DNA from: an uncultured Anaerolineae bacterium
Lineage (GTDB): Bacteria > Chloroflexota > Anaerolineae > Aggregatilineales > UBA3940
Assembly (NCBI GenBank): GCA_964390105.1
Contig: CAYMGV010000005.1
Location: 285-64,284, forward strand
Direction: 5' to 3'
Length of the DNA: 64,000 nt
How positions within the stretch are numbered: position 1 is the stretch's first letter; each line of letters opens with the position of its first letter. Made by a program: the position numbers and the translations under genes. Shown here piece after piece: positions 1-9,710 of the stretch. The notes under the pieces are model-generated. The model saw only the letters and a program-made list of their open reading frames with translations. It was not told the origin of the DNA and ran no database searches.

Positions 1-783
1 CGCTCGATGCTGCAAGAAGCCTCTGACAGCGGTACGATTCGGCCCTCGGAGCGCGACGTGGTCGAGCGGGTGTTTGTGCTGGATGACCGGCCTATCGACA
101 CCATCATGACCCCACGCCCGCGCCTGATGTACATCAACCTGGATGAGCCGATCTCCGATAACCTTGACAGGATGATGGCCGCCGGTCACGCCGTTTACCC
201 GGCCTATACGGATAACCCGGACCGAGTGACCGGGGTGCTGACTCTCAAGGATGTCTTCAGCAGAGCGGTGAAGGGCGGTGAGTTCAGCCTGGAAGACCTC
301 GTGCGGGAGCCGCTGATCGTGCCTGAATCGGCACTGGTGAACCAGGTACTGGATAGTTTCCGCAGAGCCGGGACTCACCTGGCGCTGGTGGTGGATGAAC
401 ATGGTGGATTGCAGGGCGTGGTGACGCTGCATGACATCGTCGAACTGCTGCTGGGTACCCTGCCTGATGGTGTTGGCAATACCCCGACAGTGATGCGTCG
501 CGCGGATGGCACGCTGCTGGTCGATGCGCTGCTGCCGCTGGTTGAACTCAATGAGTTCCTGGAAACGGATGACCTGCCCGATGAACTGGAGGACTTTCAT
601 ACGGTGGGGGGGTTCATCATGGGGCATATGGATCGCGTGCCGCGCGAGGGGGAGTCGGTGTCGATACCGGGGTATGTGTTCGAGGTGATCGACATGGACG
701 GGAACCGCATCGATAAGGTGCTAGTGTATATTAACAAGGAGCAGGCGGCGAAGCCGGCGGCAGATGAGAAGGCTCGGTCGTAG
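1..783 (+). CDS. CBS-pair plus CorC/HlyC C-terminal domain protein (C-terminal part of a DUF21/CNNM-type divalent-cation efflux or hemolysin-like protein); 5' end lies outside the window
   Basis: Frame is open from base 1 (ORF track 7..783). CBS-like segments (HLALVVDEHGGLQGVVTLHDIVE) are followed by a transporter-associated tail (GFIMGHMDRVPREGESVSIPGYVFEVIDMDGNRIDKVLV). Confidence 0.8.
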   Translation, partial: RSMLQEASDSGTIRPSERDVVERVFVLDDRPIDTIMTPRPRLMYINLDEPISDNLDRMMAAGHAVYPAYTDNPDRVTGVLTLKDVFSRAVKGGEFSLEDLVREPLIVPESALVNQVLDSFRRAGTHLALVVDEHGGLQGVVTLHDIVELLLGTLPDGVGNTPTVMRRADGTLLVDALLPLVELNEFLETDDLPDELEDFHTVGGFIMGHMDRVPREGESVSIPGYVFEVIDMDGNRIDKVLVYINKEQAAKPAADEKARS

Positions 784-803
784 TGGGGCTTGCTGTGACG
801 GGG

Positions 804-809
804 TATAAT
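804..809 (+). promoter_or_regulatory. Candidate -10 box (TATAAT) upstream of rnpB
   Basis: Perfect TATAAT about 15 nt upstream of the RNase P RNA P1 helix. No convincing -35 seen. Confidence 0.4.
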
Positions 810-823
810 CGCACTCAATGTTC

Positions 824-1184
824 AGGTTAGCCGGATGGTCGCGGTGGGCATGGCCCCACCGAGGAAAGTCCGCGCTCCGCAGGGCAGGGTGCTGGATAAC
901 GTCCAGGCGGGGCAACCCGACGGCAAGTGCAACAGAGAGGATATCCCCGGCTGACCGAGTCAGCCGGTGAGGGTGAAACGGTAAGGTAAGAGCTTACCGG
1001 CGTCCGTGGTGACACGGGCGGCCAGGCAAACCCCACCCGGAGCAAGGCCAAGCAGGGATGAGGTGCGGCCCGCACCAGCGAATCCCGGGTCGGCTGCTTG
1101 AGGCAGGCGGTAACGTCTGACCCAGATAGATGACCATCCAGGGAGGTAATCCCGGACAGAACGCGGCTTACAGGCTAACCTGAG
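824..1184 (+). ncRNA. rnpB: RNase P RNA, bacterial type A
   Basis: Universal motifs GAGGAAAGTCCGCGCTCC (about 862-879) and ACAGAACGCGGCTTACAG (about 1157-1174). Perfect 9-bp P1 helix aggttagcc (824-832) / ggctaacct (1173-1181). Length about 360 nt. No protein-like ORF on this strand. Confidence 0.93.
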
Positions 1185-1198
1185 CAGGTTTTGTGACG

Positions 1199-1226
1199 TT
1201 GACAAGCGGCATCAGCACGATACAAT
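1199..1226 (+). promoter_or_regulatory. Sigma70-like promoter candidate (TTGACA-16 nt-TACAAT)
   Basis: ttgaca at 1199-1204, 16-nt spacer, tacaat at 1221-1226, upstream of the 1297 lipoprotein gene. A small hairpin (caggat/atcctg, 1252-1269) plus T-run lies between promoter and start codon. Confidence 0.5.
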
Positions 1227-1296
1227 TAGCCGCGCACATCAATGGGTGAGGCAGGATAGTTGAATCCTGTCTTTTTGCAGGATAAGGATAGATAAA

Positions 1297-2328
1297 GTGA
1301 AACGTGTGACATACATCACGCTGATCGGTTTGATCGCGCTGCTGCTGGCAGGGTGCAGCCTTGTGGGTGGTTCGGCTGAGCCGGAAGCAACCTACACTCC
1401 GCTGCCGACCTATACGCCCTTCCCGACATGGACGCCACCGCCCAGCCCCACGCCGACCTTCCTGCCGTCGCCGACCCCCGTCGAGCCGACGGCGACCGAA
1501 GCGTCATCTGAAGATGGGGGTGAGGCTGCTGACCTGCCGCCAACGGCGACACAGGGCAGCGCTGCACCTGCCGGGCAGACGGCTTCAGTGACCTATGCCT
1601 CCAACATGCGTTCTGGCCCCGGCCTTGTATATGAAGTGCTGACGCGGCTGGGCGCTGGCGAGGAATTCACCATCATTGCGCGTGATTTTAATGGCTACTG
1701 GGTACAGATCGAACTCATGACAGGTGAGCAGGGCTGGCTGGCTGTGCGCCAGCTTGCAGGGTATCCGAGCGTGTCATCGGTCCCGGTGTTCGCGGGTGAT
1801 CTGCCTGACCCGGATCCCACTCTTGTGGCCGAGTTGACCGGAACACCCGGTACCCCGCGCCCCCAATCAACTGGCACGCCTGACCCGGATGCGACGACCG
1901 AGGTTGTGGTTGCCCCGGATACGTTGTGGTCAATGGTGGCGGGTGAGGTGGGTGTCTGCAAGACGATCACCTATGCGACGAACCAACCGTACCAGGTCAG
2001 TTCCTCCAGCGTGACGTTTGTCCCCTTTGAGACCGACCGCCCGGATGAAGTGGCCGCGGCCAATGCGTACATCGTTGAGCGGGCCGGAGTACCAGCCTTC
2101 GTGAATGTATACCTCGATGGCGGGATCAAGCCCGCCGGGTGTAATGCGGAGAATGTCTGTACGCTGGCAAGCCTGACGCTGTGCGCCAGCGCACCGGCCA
2201 GCGCAACGACGGGCGCATACATCTATGATGCCCCGCTGCAGATTCGGATTGGCACGCAGGCCTACAGCAACTTCTATGATATGGCGTACATCTCGATCCC
2301 GACCGAATGGCAGGTGCTGGACGAATAA
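1297..2328 (+). CDS. Lipoprotein with Pro/Thr-rich linker and one bacterial SH3 (SH3b) domain
   Basis: GTG start. Signal peptide with lipobox LLLAGC. PT-rich linker. SH3b-like segment YASNMRSGPGLVYEVLTRLGAGEEFTIIARDFNGYWVQIELMTGEQGWLAVRQL. Confidence 0.75.
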   Translation: MKRVTYITLIGLIALLLAGCSLVGGSAEPEATYTPLPTYTPFPTWTPPPSPTPTFLPSPTPVEPTATEASSEDGGEAADLPPTATQGSAAPAGQTASVTYASNMRSGPGLVYEVLTRLGAGEEFTIIARDFNGYWVQIELMTGEQGWLAVRQLAGYPSVSSVPVFAGDLPDPDPTLVAELTGTPGTPRPQSTGTPDPDATTEVVVAPDTLWSMVAGEVGVCKTITYATNQPYQVSSSSVTFVPFETDRPDEVAAANAYIVERAGVPAFVNVYLDGGIKPAGCNAENVCTLASLTLCASAPASATTGAYIYDAPLQIRIGTQAYSNFYDMAYISIPTEWQVLDE

Positions 2329-2358
2329 CCTCAGCCACAGGCGTTGAACTCGCAACTG

Positions 2359-2400
2359 ACAGCGGGGTGCATGGAACCATGTGCCCCGCTGTTTCGTTTT
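2359..2400 (+). terminator. Rho-independent terminator
   Basis: 13-bp stem cagcggggtgcat / atgtgccccgctg (two G-U pairs) followed by ttcgtttt, about 30 nt after the stop at 2328. Confidence 0.7.
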
Positions 2401-2403
2401 ATT

Positions 2404-2439
2404 CAGAGCAGGGGTTTGATGCATCAAACCCCTGCTCTG
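2404..2439. repeat. Perfect 36-nt palindrome (16-bp stem, 4-nt loop), second hairpin in tandem with the terminator
   Basis: cagagcaggggtttga tgca tcaaacccctgctctg. No adjacent T-run. Confidence 0.6.
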
Positions 2440-2653
2440 AACCAGTGTGTTTTCAATGGCAAAGCCTCGGCAGACGTTGATGGCCCCCTTTTGATAGGTG
2501 CTTGCCCCTGCGGGGGCGTAAAATCCGAGCCTGCGAGGATTTGGGGGGTGTCATCTGCGTAAGTCCGCTGTCTTTCCCTGGAATGGGGCTGCTCATATAA
2601 TGGAGGTTGAAAGCGACCTGGGATTCATGACTCGCCTTGTTGAAGGATAGACG

Positions 2654-3055
2654 ATGAGCGCACGTTCAGGTTCGGACCGATTTGTTCTGATGGGGATCGA
2701 AGATGATGTGCTGTACCAGGTGTCCACACATCTGATCTTTGACAGCCTGGTCAGGGACGTAGTGCGGGAGCATTATGGGCTGCGGCCTCTGCATGTGACC
2801 CTGCAAATCGAGCAGGATGACGTGATGCTGTATGTCAGGGAGCGCGACCGGTCCCACTTCTTTGAGGACCCGGAGCTTTACGACTGGGCACTGGAATTCA
2901 TTGCCGGGGATGTGTTCAGCATTGAACCGGATTCGATTGGTATGATCTACCTTGATGGTGTGGTTGACAGGGCCGCGGAAGCGTATTTGTATATTTCAGG
3001 GGATGGGGTGTTGATATCGAGTGGAACACCCCGCAAAAAAGGATGGATGCTTTGA
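2654..3055 (+). CDS. Hypothetical cytoplasmic protein (133 aa)
   Basis: ORF with no signal peptide and no recognisable motif. Its 3' end overlaps the first ATG of the downstream giant gene. A TATAAT-like box (catataat) lies about 55 nt upstream. Confidence 0.5.
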   Translation: MSARSGSDRFVLMGIEDDVLYQVSTHLIFDSLVRDVVREHYGLRPLHVTLQIEQDDVMLYVRERDRSHFFEDPELYDWALEFIAGDVFSIEPDSIGMIYLDGVVDRAAEAYLYISGDGVLISSGTPRKKGWML

Positions 3056-6000
3056 ACTCACCCATGCGAGCAAATGAAGCAAAACACCGCCGTTTGGTTA
3101 CTGTCGTCCTGGCAGCGCTGTTTTTTTCGGCGATTTCATGCAACGTATTTAACTTCGGGCCGGCCGGGGAACCCACCCCGCCGGGACCCCTCCAGCCGAC
3201 AGTGGATGTATCGGGCCTGCCACCGACGCAGCCCCGTGTTGTTGCCCAGCGCCCTTACGAGGGAGAGGAACTGCGGCTCGACGGCAGCATCGACATTTAT
3301 TTTGATCATCCAATGGATCAGGCCAGCGTCGTGACGGCTTTGGTGCTTAGCCCGGCCATTGAGGCCGAGGTGAGCTGGGTCGATGATTCGACGCTGCGTG
3401 TGACGCCGGGGGAGGGCGCACTGGGCCGCAATGACGTACTGACGATCACCATCGGTGAGGGTGCACAAAGCCGCGCCGGGCTGGCCGTGGCCGAGGCGCA
3501 GACCGTCACGGTGCAGACCGTTGGGTACCTCGAAGTGGGTGAGACCTATCCCGCAGCTGATTCAAACGGCGTTGAGACGGATTCCACAATTACGGTGTTC
3601 TTCAATCGGCCCGTTGTCCCGCTGACCGTGGGGAACGGTGCAGGGGAGCAGCCGGACCCATTGACGATTTCACCGGCAGTTGCGGGGCGGGGCGAGTGGG
3701 TCAACAGCAGTATTTACATCTTTACACCAGGCACACCGCTGGCCGGTGGGCAAACCTATTCCGCCACCGTTGCCGGGGGATTGACCGACCAGACCGGCGG
3801 CGTGCTGACCAACGCGTATTCGTGGGAATTTACGACACTGCCGCCTGATGTGATTTCCGTGTCGCCGTCCTCCGGGGATAGCGATGTGGTGCTGGATCGT
3901 GACATCGAGATCAGCTTTAACCAGCCAATGGACCCGGCATCCACAGAAGCCGCGCTGTCGATCACGGGGTCAAACGGGGGTGCGGTGAACGGCACCCTCG
4001 AATGGAACGAAGACGGCGATACGCTGACTTTCATGCCGTCCGGCCTGCTGCCGATTGAAACAGACATCACGGTGCAGGTCGGCGCTTCTGCGCAGTCAGC
4101 CAGTGGCTCTGTGACGCTGGGGGGGCCGGTCGAGTGGGCCTTCTCGACGGTGCGCTACCCGGCAGTCAGCGCGACATACCCCGCTGATGGCACGGCTGAT
4201 GCCTACACCTGGGATGGCATCGCCATCCTGTTTACCGCACCCATCGATGAGGACACACTTGAGGGTAAGGTGACCGTTGATCCGGCAATTGCCGGCGACG
4301 ATGCCTTTTACTATTCCTCGTGGGATAACGCATGGAATATCGTCTCGCGGCTGGAACCATCGACGACCTATACAGTGACGGTGGAACCCGGTATAGCAGA
4401 CCCCTACGGCAACACCATTGATGAGCCGTATTCCTTTAGCTTCACCACTGGCCCGTATGATCCGCAGGTGACGTTCAACACGCCCTCGGTGTACGGGCTA
4501 TATGACGCTGATCAGGATACGGAGCTGTTCATCAGCTATCGTAATATCGGGACGATCAATTTTGAACTGCACCGTATCAACGAGAATGACTACTATGACG
4601 TGTTTGAGCGGTACTACTATGACGACCTGCCTGATCTGCCCGATAACCAGCTCCTGCGGGAGTGGACGCTGCAATCCAGCGGCGGCCTGAACGAGATCGT
4701 CTATGAGCAGGTGCCGGTGGCGTCTGCCGATGGCGGCAGCCTTGCGCCGGGCGTCTACCGGCTGACGGCAGACTCGCCGCAGATTGCGGGGACAACCGTC
4801 CATTACCTGATCGTGACCAGCGCCAACCTGACGATGAAAGCCACCTTCGGCGAGACGCTGATCTGGGCCACCGACATCGGTTCGGCGCAGCCGATCAGTG
4901 ATGCGGATATCACCATCCTTGACCAGGGCCTTAACGCGGTGGGCAGGGGCAGCACCGGCTCGGATGGTGTGGCGCGTATTGGCGTGCCGGGCGTGACGGA
5001 CCTGTGGGATACACAGTATGCCATCTGGGATGATGGCGAACACTTCGCGCTGGCCGTCAGTGACTGGGGTGATTCGCTCAGCCCGTGGCTGTTCAACATC
5101 CCGGCACAGTTCCAGCAGCAGGAGTACACCACGTATCTCTACACCGACCGCCCGTTGTACCGACCGGGACAGGAGGTTCACTTTAAGGGGGTGATCCGTG
5201 CTGAGGCCGGGGATGCCCGTTATGCCGTCCCGACGAGCGGTGCTGCCCGTGTGACGGTGACCAACTACACGGGTGACATCATCATGAGCCAGGACTATCA
5301 GCTTACCGAATTCGGGACGTTTGACGGTTCCTTCGAGATCGCCGATGACGGCGCGCTGGGCTACTACAACATCGAGGTGGGCTTCGGCGACCGCACCTCG
5401 TACCTCGGTATCCAGGTGGCTGAGTATCGCGTGCCGGAATTCTCGGTGAGCGTGAGCAGTCAGCCGGAAAACGCCATCGTGGGCGAAGCGGTGGACTTCA
5501 CAGCGGATGCTGAATACTACTTCGGTGGCACCGTAAACGACGCGGCTGTGGCATGGACGCTGCTGGCTCAGCAGTACGTGTTTGACCAGTACAAGGGCGA
5601 TGAATGGTACTCGTTTATCGATTCGGATGAGATTAACTACTGGTATGAACCGGGTGACATCGCCGGTTATGGCACCGTGATCGCACAGGGTGAGGGAGCC
5701 ACCGATGAGGATGGTCGATTCACCGAAGCCGTCGATGTGCAGACCATTGGTGAAGGCAGCCAGCGCGTGACCTTCGAGGCCAGTATTTCCGATGTGGCCG
5801 GGCAGCCCATTTCGGGGCGGTCCGAGGTGGTTATTCATGCTTCAGAAGTTTACGTTGGCGTGGCGTCACAGCAGTACGTGTACAGCGTCGATGAGACGGC
5901 GGGCGTTAATCTGATCACACTGGAATACAACGGCAAGCTGCTGCCCGATACGGCGGTCGAGGTGCAGGTCTTCCTGCGGGAGTGGAATGCTGTCGATGAG

Positions 6001-9000
6001 GAGGACGAGTTCGGGCGCACCCAGGCAGTGTGGGAGCCAGAAGATACCCCGGTGACGGATGTCATCAATGTCACCACCGATGACAAGGGCGAGGCCAGCA
6101 TCGAGTTTGAACCGGCAGACCCCGGCACCTATCGCGTCGTTGCGACGGTGGCCGATGACGCCGGGCGCGAGAACGCGGCCAGTACCTACCTGTGGGTGAG
6201 TGGTCGCGGTTATGCGGCGTGGCGCGGCAGCAACACCAACCAGATCGACCTGGTGGCGGACCGCGAGAGCTACGAGGTGGGTGATACAGCGGAAGTGCTG
6301 ATCACATCACCGTTCTCAGGCTCGAATGTGCGTGCGCTCCTGACCATTGAGCGCGGCAGCATCAAGAGCTATGTCGTCATCCCGCTGGAATCAAACTCCT
6401 ACCTGTATCGTGTGCCCATTACGGCAGACTTTGCGCCGAACGTGTACGTGTCGGCGGTGATCATCTCCGGCGGGGTCGAGGGGGACCCGGTCCCGGCCTT
6501 CCGTATGGGCATGGTCGAACTGCCGGTTGACCCCAGCCAGCAGGAGATCAATGTCAGCATAGAGGCTGATCCGCCGCAGGCTGGCCCGCGTGAGACTGTG
6601 ACCTACACCGTGACGACCACCGACCACACCGGGAATCCGGTCGATGCCGAGGTCTCACTGGCACTGGCCGACCTCGCGACGCTTTCGCTGGCGAACCCCA
6701 ACACCGGCCCGATCCTGGACCGCTTCTACAGCGAAAGGCCGATCTCGGTACAGACGGCTGTGCCGCTGATCTTCCTGGTGGATCGCGTTACGCAGGACCT
6801 GCTCGACCTGGGCAAGGGCGGTGGGGGCGGCGGTGCCGACGCAGCTTTCTTTGATGTGCGTTCGGATTTCCGCGATACGGCCTTCTGGCAGGCCCGGCTG
6901 CAAACCGGTTCAACAGGCACCGCCTCAGTTGATGTGACCCTGCCCGATAACCTGACGACATGGCGCATGGATGCCCGCGCGGTGACGGTCGATACGATGG
7001 TGGGGCAGGTCACTCATGACCTTGTGGCGAGCAAGCCCCTGCTGGTGCGCCCTGCGACGCCGCGCTTCTTCGTGGCGGGTGATGAGGCGGTGCTTTCGGC
7101 TTCGGTCAACAACAATACCAACGACGATCTGACGGTTGACGTAACGCTGCTTTCCGAGGGTATCACCGTGATCGGCGACGACATGCAGACGGTCATGATC
7201 CCCGCCGGGGATCACGTTCAGCTAGATTGGTCGGTGGTGGTCAACGATAACGTGGAATGGGTTGATGTGACCTTCTCCGCTGTGGCAGATAATGGTCTCA
7301 GCGATGCAGCGAAGCCAGCCGTCGGTGCAATGGACCATGACCGTATGCTGCCCGTGCTGCGCTACGAAGCCCCGGAGATCGCGGGGGTATCGGGGCAGCT
7401 CAGCGAGGCCGGTGAGAGCCTCGAAGGGGTGGTGCTGCCACCCACACAGGAGGTGATCGACGCCTCGCTGGATATCCGGGTGGATGCGTCACTGGCCGCT
7501 GCGATGTTCGATGCGCTGGGCGTGCTGCGTCAGCAGGACTACTACAGCACTGAGACGACCGTCAGCCGCTTCCTGCCCAACATCCTGGCGCTGGATGCGC
7601 TGCGCCAGTTCGGGGTCGAACGGCCTGATCTTGAGGACGCGCTTGATCAGGAGATCAACGAGGCACTGCAAAAGCTGTATGCCGAGCGTCACGTCGATGG
7701 GGGCTGGGGCTGGTATAAGGAAAGCGCGACCAGCCCACTTGTTTCCGCCTACGTGATCTACGGTCTGAGTATCGCGCAGGATGCAGGCTACCCGGTTGAA
7801 CAGGCTGTACTGAATGAGGGCATCGCGTATCTGCAAGGCAACCTCGGTGATGTCGATCCGCTGGGGCCGTCATACCTGCTGAACCGGCAGGCATTCATCC
7901 TGTACGTACTTGCCGATGCTGGCGCACCGGATGTGGGGCGCACCGGTAATCTGTACGAGGCACGCGAATCGATGGACCTGTACGGATGGTCGCTGCTGGC
8001 GATGACGTTCCATCATATCAATGCCGACGACCCGCGCATCGATACGCTGGAGAACGCGCTGATCAACCAGGCTATTGTCTCCGCCACGGGGACGCACTGG
8101 GAGGAGGAGCGCGACGACCGCTTCAACTGGAACACTGACACGCGCACAACGGCCATGGTGCTGACGGCGCTGACTCGCATCGCGCCGGATAACAACCTGC
8201 TGCCGGGTGCCGTGCGCTGGCTGATGATGGCGCGGCGCGGATCGACGTGGGAAACCTCGCAGGAAAGCGTCTGGGCGCTGATCGGCCTCTCGGAGTGGAT
8301 GGTGGCGAGTGGTGAACTCGACGGCGGCTACAACTGGGCTGTGACCTTCAACGGGGAAGGGCTGGATGAAGGTACGGTTGATGGGACGACCGTTACCGAG
8401 AGCCAACATCTGGCGGTAGACATCACGCAGATGTCCACCGATGGCGTCAACCGGCTGGGCATCACGCGCGGTGAGGGGCCGGGACGGCTGTACTACACCG
8501 CCCACCTGACAGCCTATCTCCCGGTCGAGACGCTGGAGCCGTTGAGCCGTGGCGTGATGGTGGAACGGCGCTTCCTCAATGCGGATGGTGAGTGGATTAC
8601 GGAGGGGGTTGTTGGGGACCGGGTGACCGTCGAGGTGACGATCATCGCCCCGCATGACCTGTACTTCCTGCATGTGCAGGACCCATACCCGGCTGGCGCG
8701 GAGGGCATCAATACGGCGCTGCTGACCGAGAGCGTCGTCAATGAGAACCGCCGCATCGAACCGTATGACCCGCTCTCAAGGGGGTGGGGTTGGTGGTACT
8801 TCAGCCGTACCGAAATCCGCGACGAGATGGCGGTCATCACGGCGGAGGCACTGCCTGCTGGCACTTACCAGTTTGTCTATGAAATCCGGCTGGCACAAGT
8901 GGGTCAATACCGGGTGATTCCACCGGTGGCCTACGAGACCTACATGCCAGAAGTCTATGGGCGCGGTACCGGTTCGATCTTCACGGTGCTGCCGGGAGAT

Positions 9001-9006
9001 GAGTAA
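3043..9006 (+). CDS. Alpha-2-macroglobulin family lipoprotein with four N-terminal Ig-like (SbsA/Big_5-like) repeats; thioester motif not conserved
   Basis: 1987-aa ORF. Lipoprotein-type signal (RRLVTVVLAALFFSAISC). Four repeats with the pattern V..P..G......I.I.F..PMD. Long beta-rich MG-domain-like region. Alpha-helical TED-like region (ERHVDGGWGWY, WEEERDDRFNWNTDTRTTAMVL). STET sits where CxEQ is expected. Alternative start ATG 3064. Confidence 0.85.
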   Translation: MDALNSPMRANEAKHRRLVTVVLAALFFSAISCNVFNFGPAGEPTPPGPLQPTVDVSGLPPTQPRVVAQRPYEGEELRLDGSIDIYFDHPMDQASVVTALVLSPAIEAEVSWVDDSTLRVTPGEGALGRNDVLTITIGEGAQSRAGLAVAEAQTVTVQTVGYLEVGETYPAADSNGVETDSTITVFFNRPVVPLTVGNGAGEQPDPLTISPAVAGRGEWVNSSIYIFTPGTPLAGGQTYSATVAGGLTDQTGGVLTNAYSWEFTTLPPDVISVSPSSGDSDVVLDRDIEISFNQPMDPASTEAALSITGSNGGAVNGTLEWNEDGDTLTFMPSGLLPIETDITVQVGASAQSASGSVTLGGPVEWAFSTVRYPAVSATYPADGTADAYTWDGIAILFTAPIDEDTLEGKVTVDPAIAGDDAFYYSSWDNAWNIVSRLEPSTTYTVTVEPGIADPYGNTIDEPYSFSFTTGPYDPQVTFNTPSVYGLYDADQDTELFISYRNIGTINFELHRINENDYYDVFERYYYDDLPDLPDNQLLREWTLQSSGGLNEIVYEQVPVASADGGSLAPGVYRLTADSPQIAGTTVHYLIVTSANLTMKATFGETLIWATDIGSAQPISDADITILDQGLNAVGRGSTGSDGVARIGVPGVTDLWDTQYAIWDDGEHFALAVSDWGDSLSPWLFNIPAQFQQQEYTTYLYTDRPLYRPGQEVHFKGVIRAEAGDARYAVPTSGAARVTVTNYTGDIIMSQDYQLTEFGTFDGSFEIADDGALGYYNIEVGFGDRTSYLGIQVAEYRVPEFSVSVSSQPENAIVGEAVDFTADAEYYFGGTVNDAAVAWTLLAQQYVFDQYKGDEWYSFIDSDEINYWYEPGDIAGYGTVIAQGEGATDEDGRFTEAVDVQTIGEGSQRVTFEASISDVAGQPISGRSEVVIHASEVYVGVASQQYVYSVDETAGVNLITLEYNGKLLPDTAVEVQVFLREWNAVDEEDEFGRTQAVWEPEDTPVTDVINVTTDDKGEASIEFEPADPGTYRVVATVADDAGRENAASTYLWVSGRGYAAWRGSNTNQIDLVADRESYEVGDTAEVLITSPFSGSNVRALLTIERGSIKSYVVIPLESNSYLYRVPITADFAPNVYVSAVIISGGVEGDPVPAFRMGMVELPVDPSQQEINVSIEADPPQAGPRETVTYTVTTTDHTGNPVDAEVSLALADLATLSLANPNTGPILDRFYSERPISVQTAVPLIFLVDRVTQDLLDLGKGGGGGGADAAFFDVRSDFRDTAFWQARLQTGSTGTASVDVTLPDNLTTWRMDARAVTVDTMVGQVTHDLVASKPLLVRPATPRFFVAGDEAVLSASVNNNTNDDLTVDVTLLSEGITVIGDDMQTVMIPAGDHVQLDWSVVVNDNVEWVDVTFSAVADNGLSDAAKPAVGAMDHDRMLPVLRYEAPEIAGVSGQLSEAGESLEGVVLPPTQEVIDASLDIRVDASLAAAMFDALGVLRQQDYYSTETTVSRFLPNILALDALRQFGVERPDLEDALDQEINEALQKLYAERHVDGGWGWYKESATSPLVSAYVIYGLSIAQDAGYPVEQAVLNEGIAYLQGNLGDVDPLGPSYLLNRQAFILYVLADAGAPDVGRTGNLYEARESMDLYGWSLLAMTFHHINADDPRIDTLENALINQAIVSATGTHWEEERDDRFNWNTDTRTTAMVLTALTRIAPDNNLLPGAVRWLMMARRGSTWETSQESVWALIGLSEWMVASGELDGGYNWAVTFNGEGLDEGTVDGTTVTESQHLAVDITQMSTDGVNRLGITRGEGPGRLYYTAHLTAYLPVETLEPLSRGVMVERRFLNADGEWITEGVVGDRVTVEVTIIAPHDLYFLHVQDPYPAGAEGINTALLTESVVNENRRIEPYDPLSRGWGWWYFSRTEIRDEMAVITAEALPAGTYQFVYEIRLAQVGQYRVIPPVAYETYMPEVYGRGTGSIFTVLPGDE

Positions 9007-9034
9007 GCGGTAACCAACAAGCTGATACGGTATG

Positions 9035-9068
9035 ATCCGGGCGGCCTGCGGGCTGCCCGGATTTTTTT
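9035..9068 (+). terminator. Rho-independent terminator
   Basis: 12-bp stem atccgggcggcc / ggctgcccggat, 4-nt loop, then a T7 run. Confidence 0.85.
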
Positions 9069-9092
9069 CTGTCGTAATGAGAGGAGTTACTT

Positions 9093-9635
9093 GTGGTTCA
9101 CCATGAGTTTATGCCCGGTAACCGCAACCTGCGCAACCTGCTGCGGGTTATCTATGCGCTGTCGGGAGTAGTGACGGTGCTGGTTGCGGTGGCCGCATTG
9201 GTGTTGGTGGTTGCCAACGCAATGCAGGGGCAGTTCAACCCGCTGTATGCACTGGGCATGGTGGTGGTGTGGTTCTTCGCGGTGCGCTCCGTGATGACGA
9301 TTCCGGCGGTGCTGGTGGCATCGGCGGATATCACGCGGGGGGCCGAGGGACTCTCGATTGCGTTGTTCGGCGACCGCACCTATTCACTTACATGGGCTGA
9401 CCTGACCTCGGCCACGCTGGAACCGCTCGACCCGCCAATGACGGGCTTTGCACCGCCCAAACCAGGCGACGCCTCGGTGCTGGTGCATGTGCCCGCGCTG
9501 CCGAGGGTATTTAATCATGCGGCGCGCTACTTCGGGACGCGCGGTGTGCCCGCTTTCCTGGTGACATCGCGCCATGCCGAGTTTGAATCGCTGCTGACGG
9601 CGGTGCAGGCACAGGCCGGGCCAGGTGCGGGATAA
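9093..9635 (+). CDS. Small membrane protein: two N-terminal TM helices plus a soluble C-terminal domain (bacterial PH-domain-like architecture, tentative)
   Basis: GTG start 6-7 nt after gagaggag. Two hydrophobic helices. The C-terminal motif YFGTRGVPAFLVTSRHAEFESLL is shared with ORF 14709..15263. Confidence 0.6.
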   Translation: MVHHEFMPGNRNLRNLLRVIYALSGVVTVLVAVAALVLVVANAMQGQFNPLYALGMVVVWFFAVRSVMTIPAVLVASADITRGAEGLSIALFGDRTYSLTWADLTSATLEPLDPPMTGFAPPKPGDASVLVHVPALPRVFNHAARYFGTRGVPAFLVTSRHAEFESLLTAVQAQAGPGAG

Positions 9636-9654
9636 AGGTACAGCACAGCAGGAA

Positions 9655-9698
9655 AACGAAACGGAGGGCCGGTCACGGTGACGGCCCTCCGTTTCGTT
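9655..9698. terminator. Bidirectional terminator hairpin
   Basis: Perfect 17-bp stem aacgaaacggagggccg / cggccctccgtttcgtt. A-run upstream, so a T-run follows on the minus strand after the BMP gene. Confidence 0.8.
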
Positions 9699-9710
9699 CA
9701 GGTGCGGTTG

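Noticed and set aside
1380-1480. Repetitive Pro/Thr codon tracts (also about 16590-16650 and 42930-43070), considered as tandem DNA repeats or CRISPR-like arrays
   Set aside because: They lie in frame within lipoprotein linkers directly after lipoboxes. The repeats are imperfect at the DNA level, with no spacer-repeat periodicity.
4498-5838. 446-aa minus-strand ORF inside the alpha-2-macroglobulin gene
   Set aside because: This is an antisense shadow ORF of the kind typical for GC-rich coding DNA. Its composition is Arg/Gly/His/Val-rich with no motifs, and the plus-strand frame carries coherent domain signatures.
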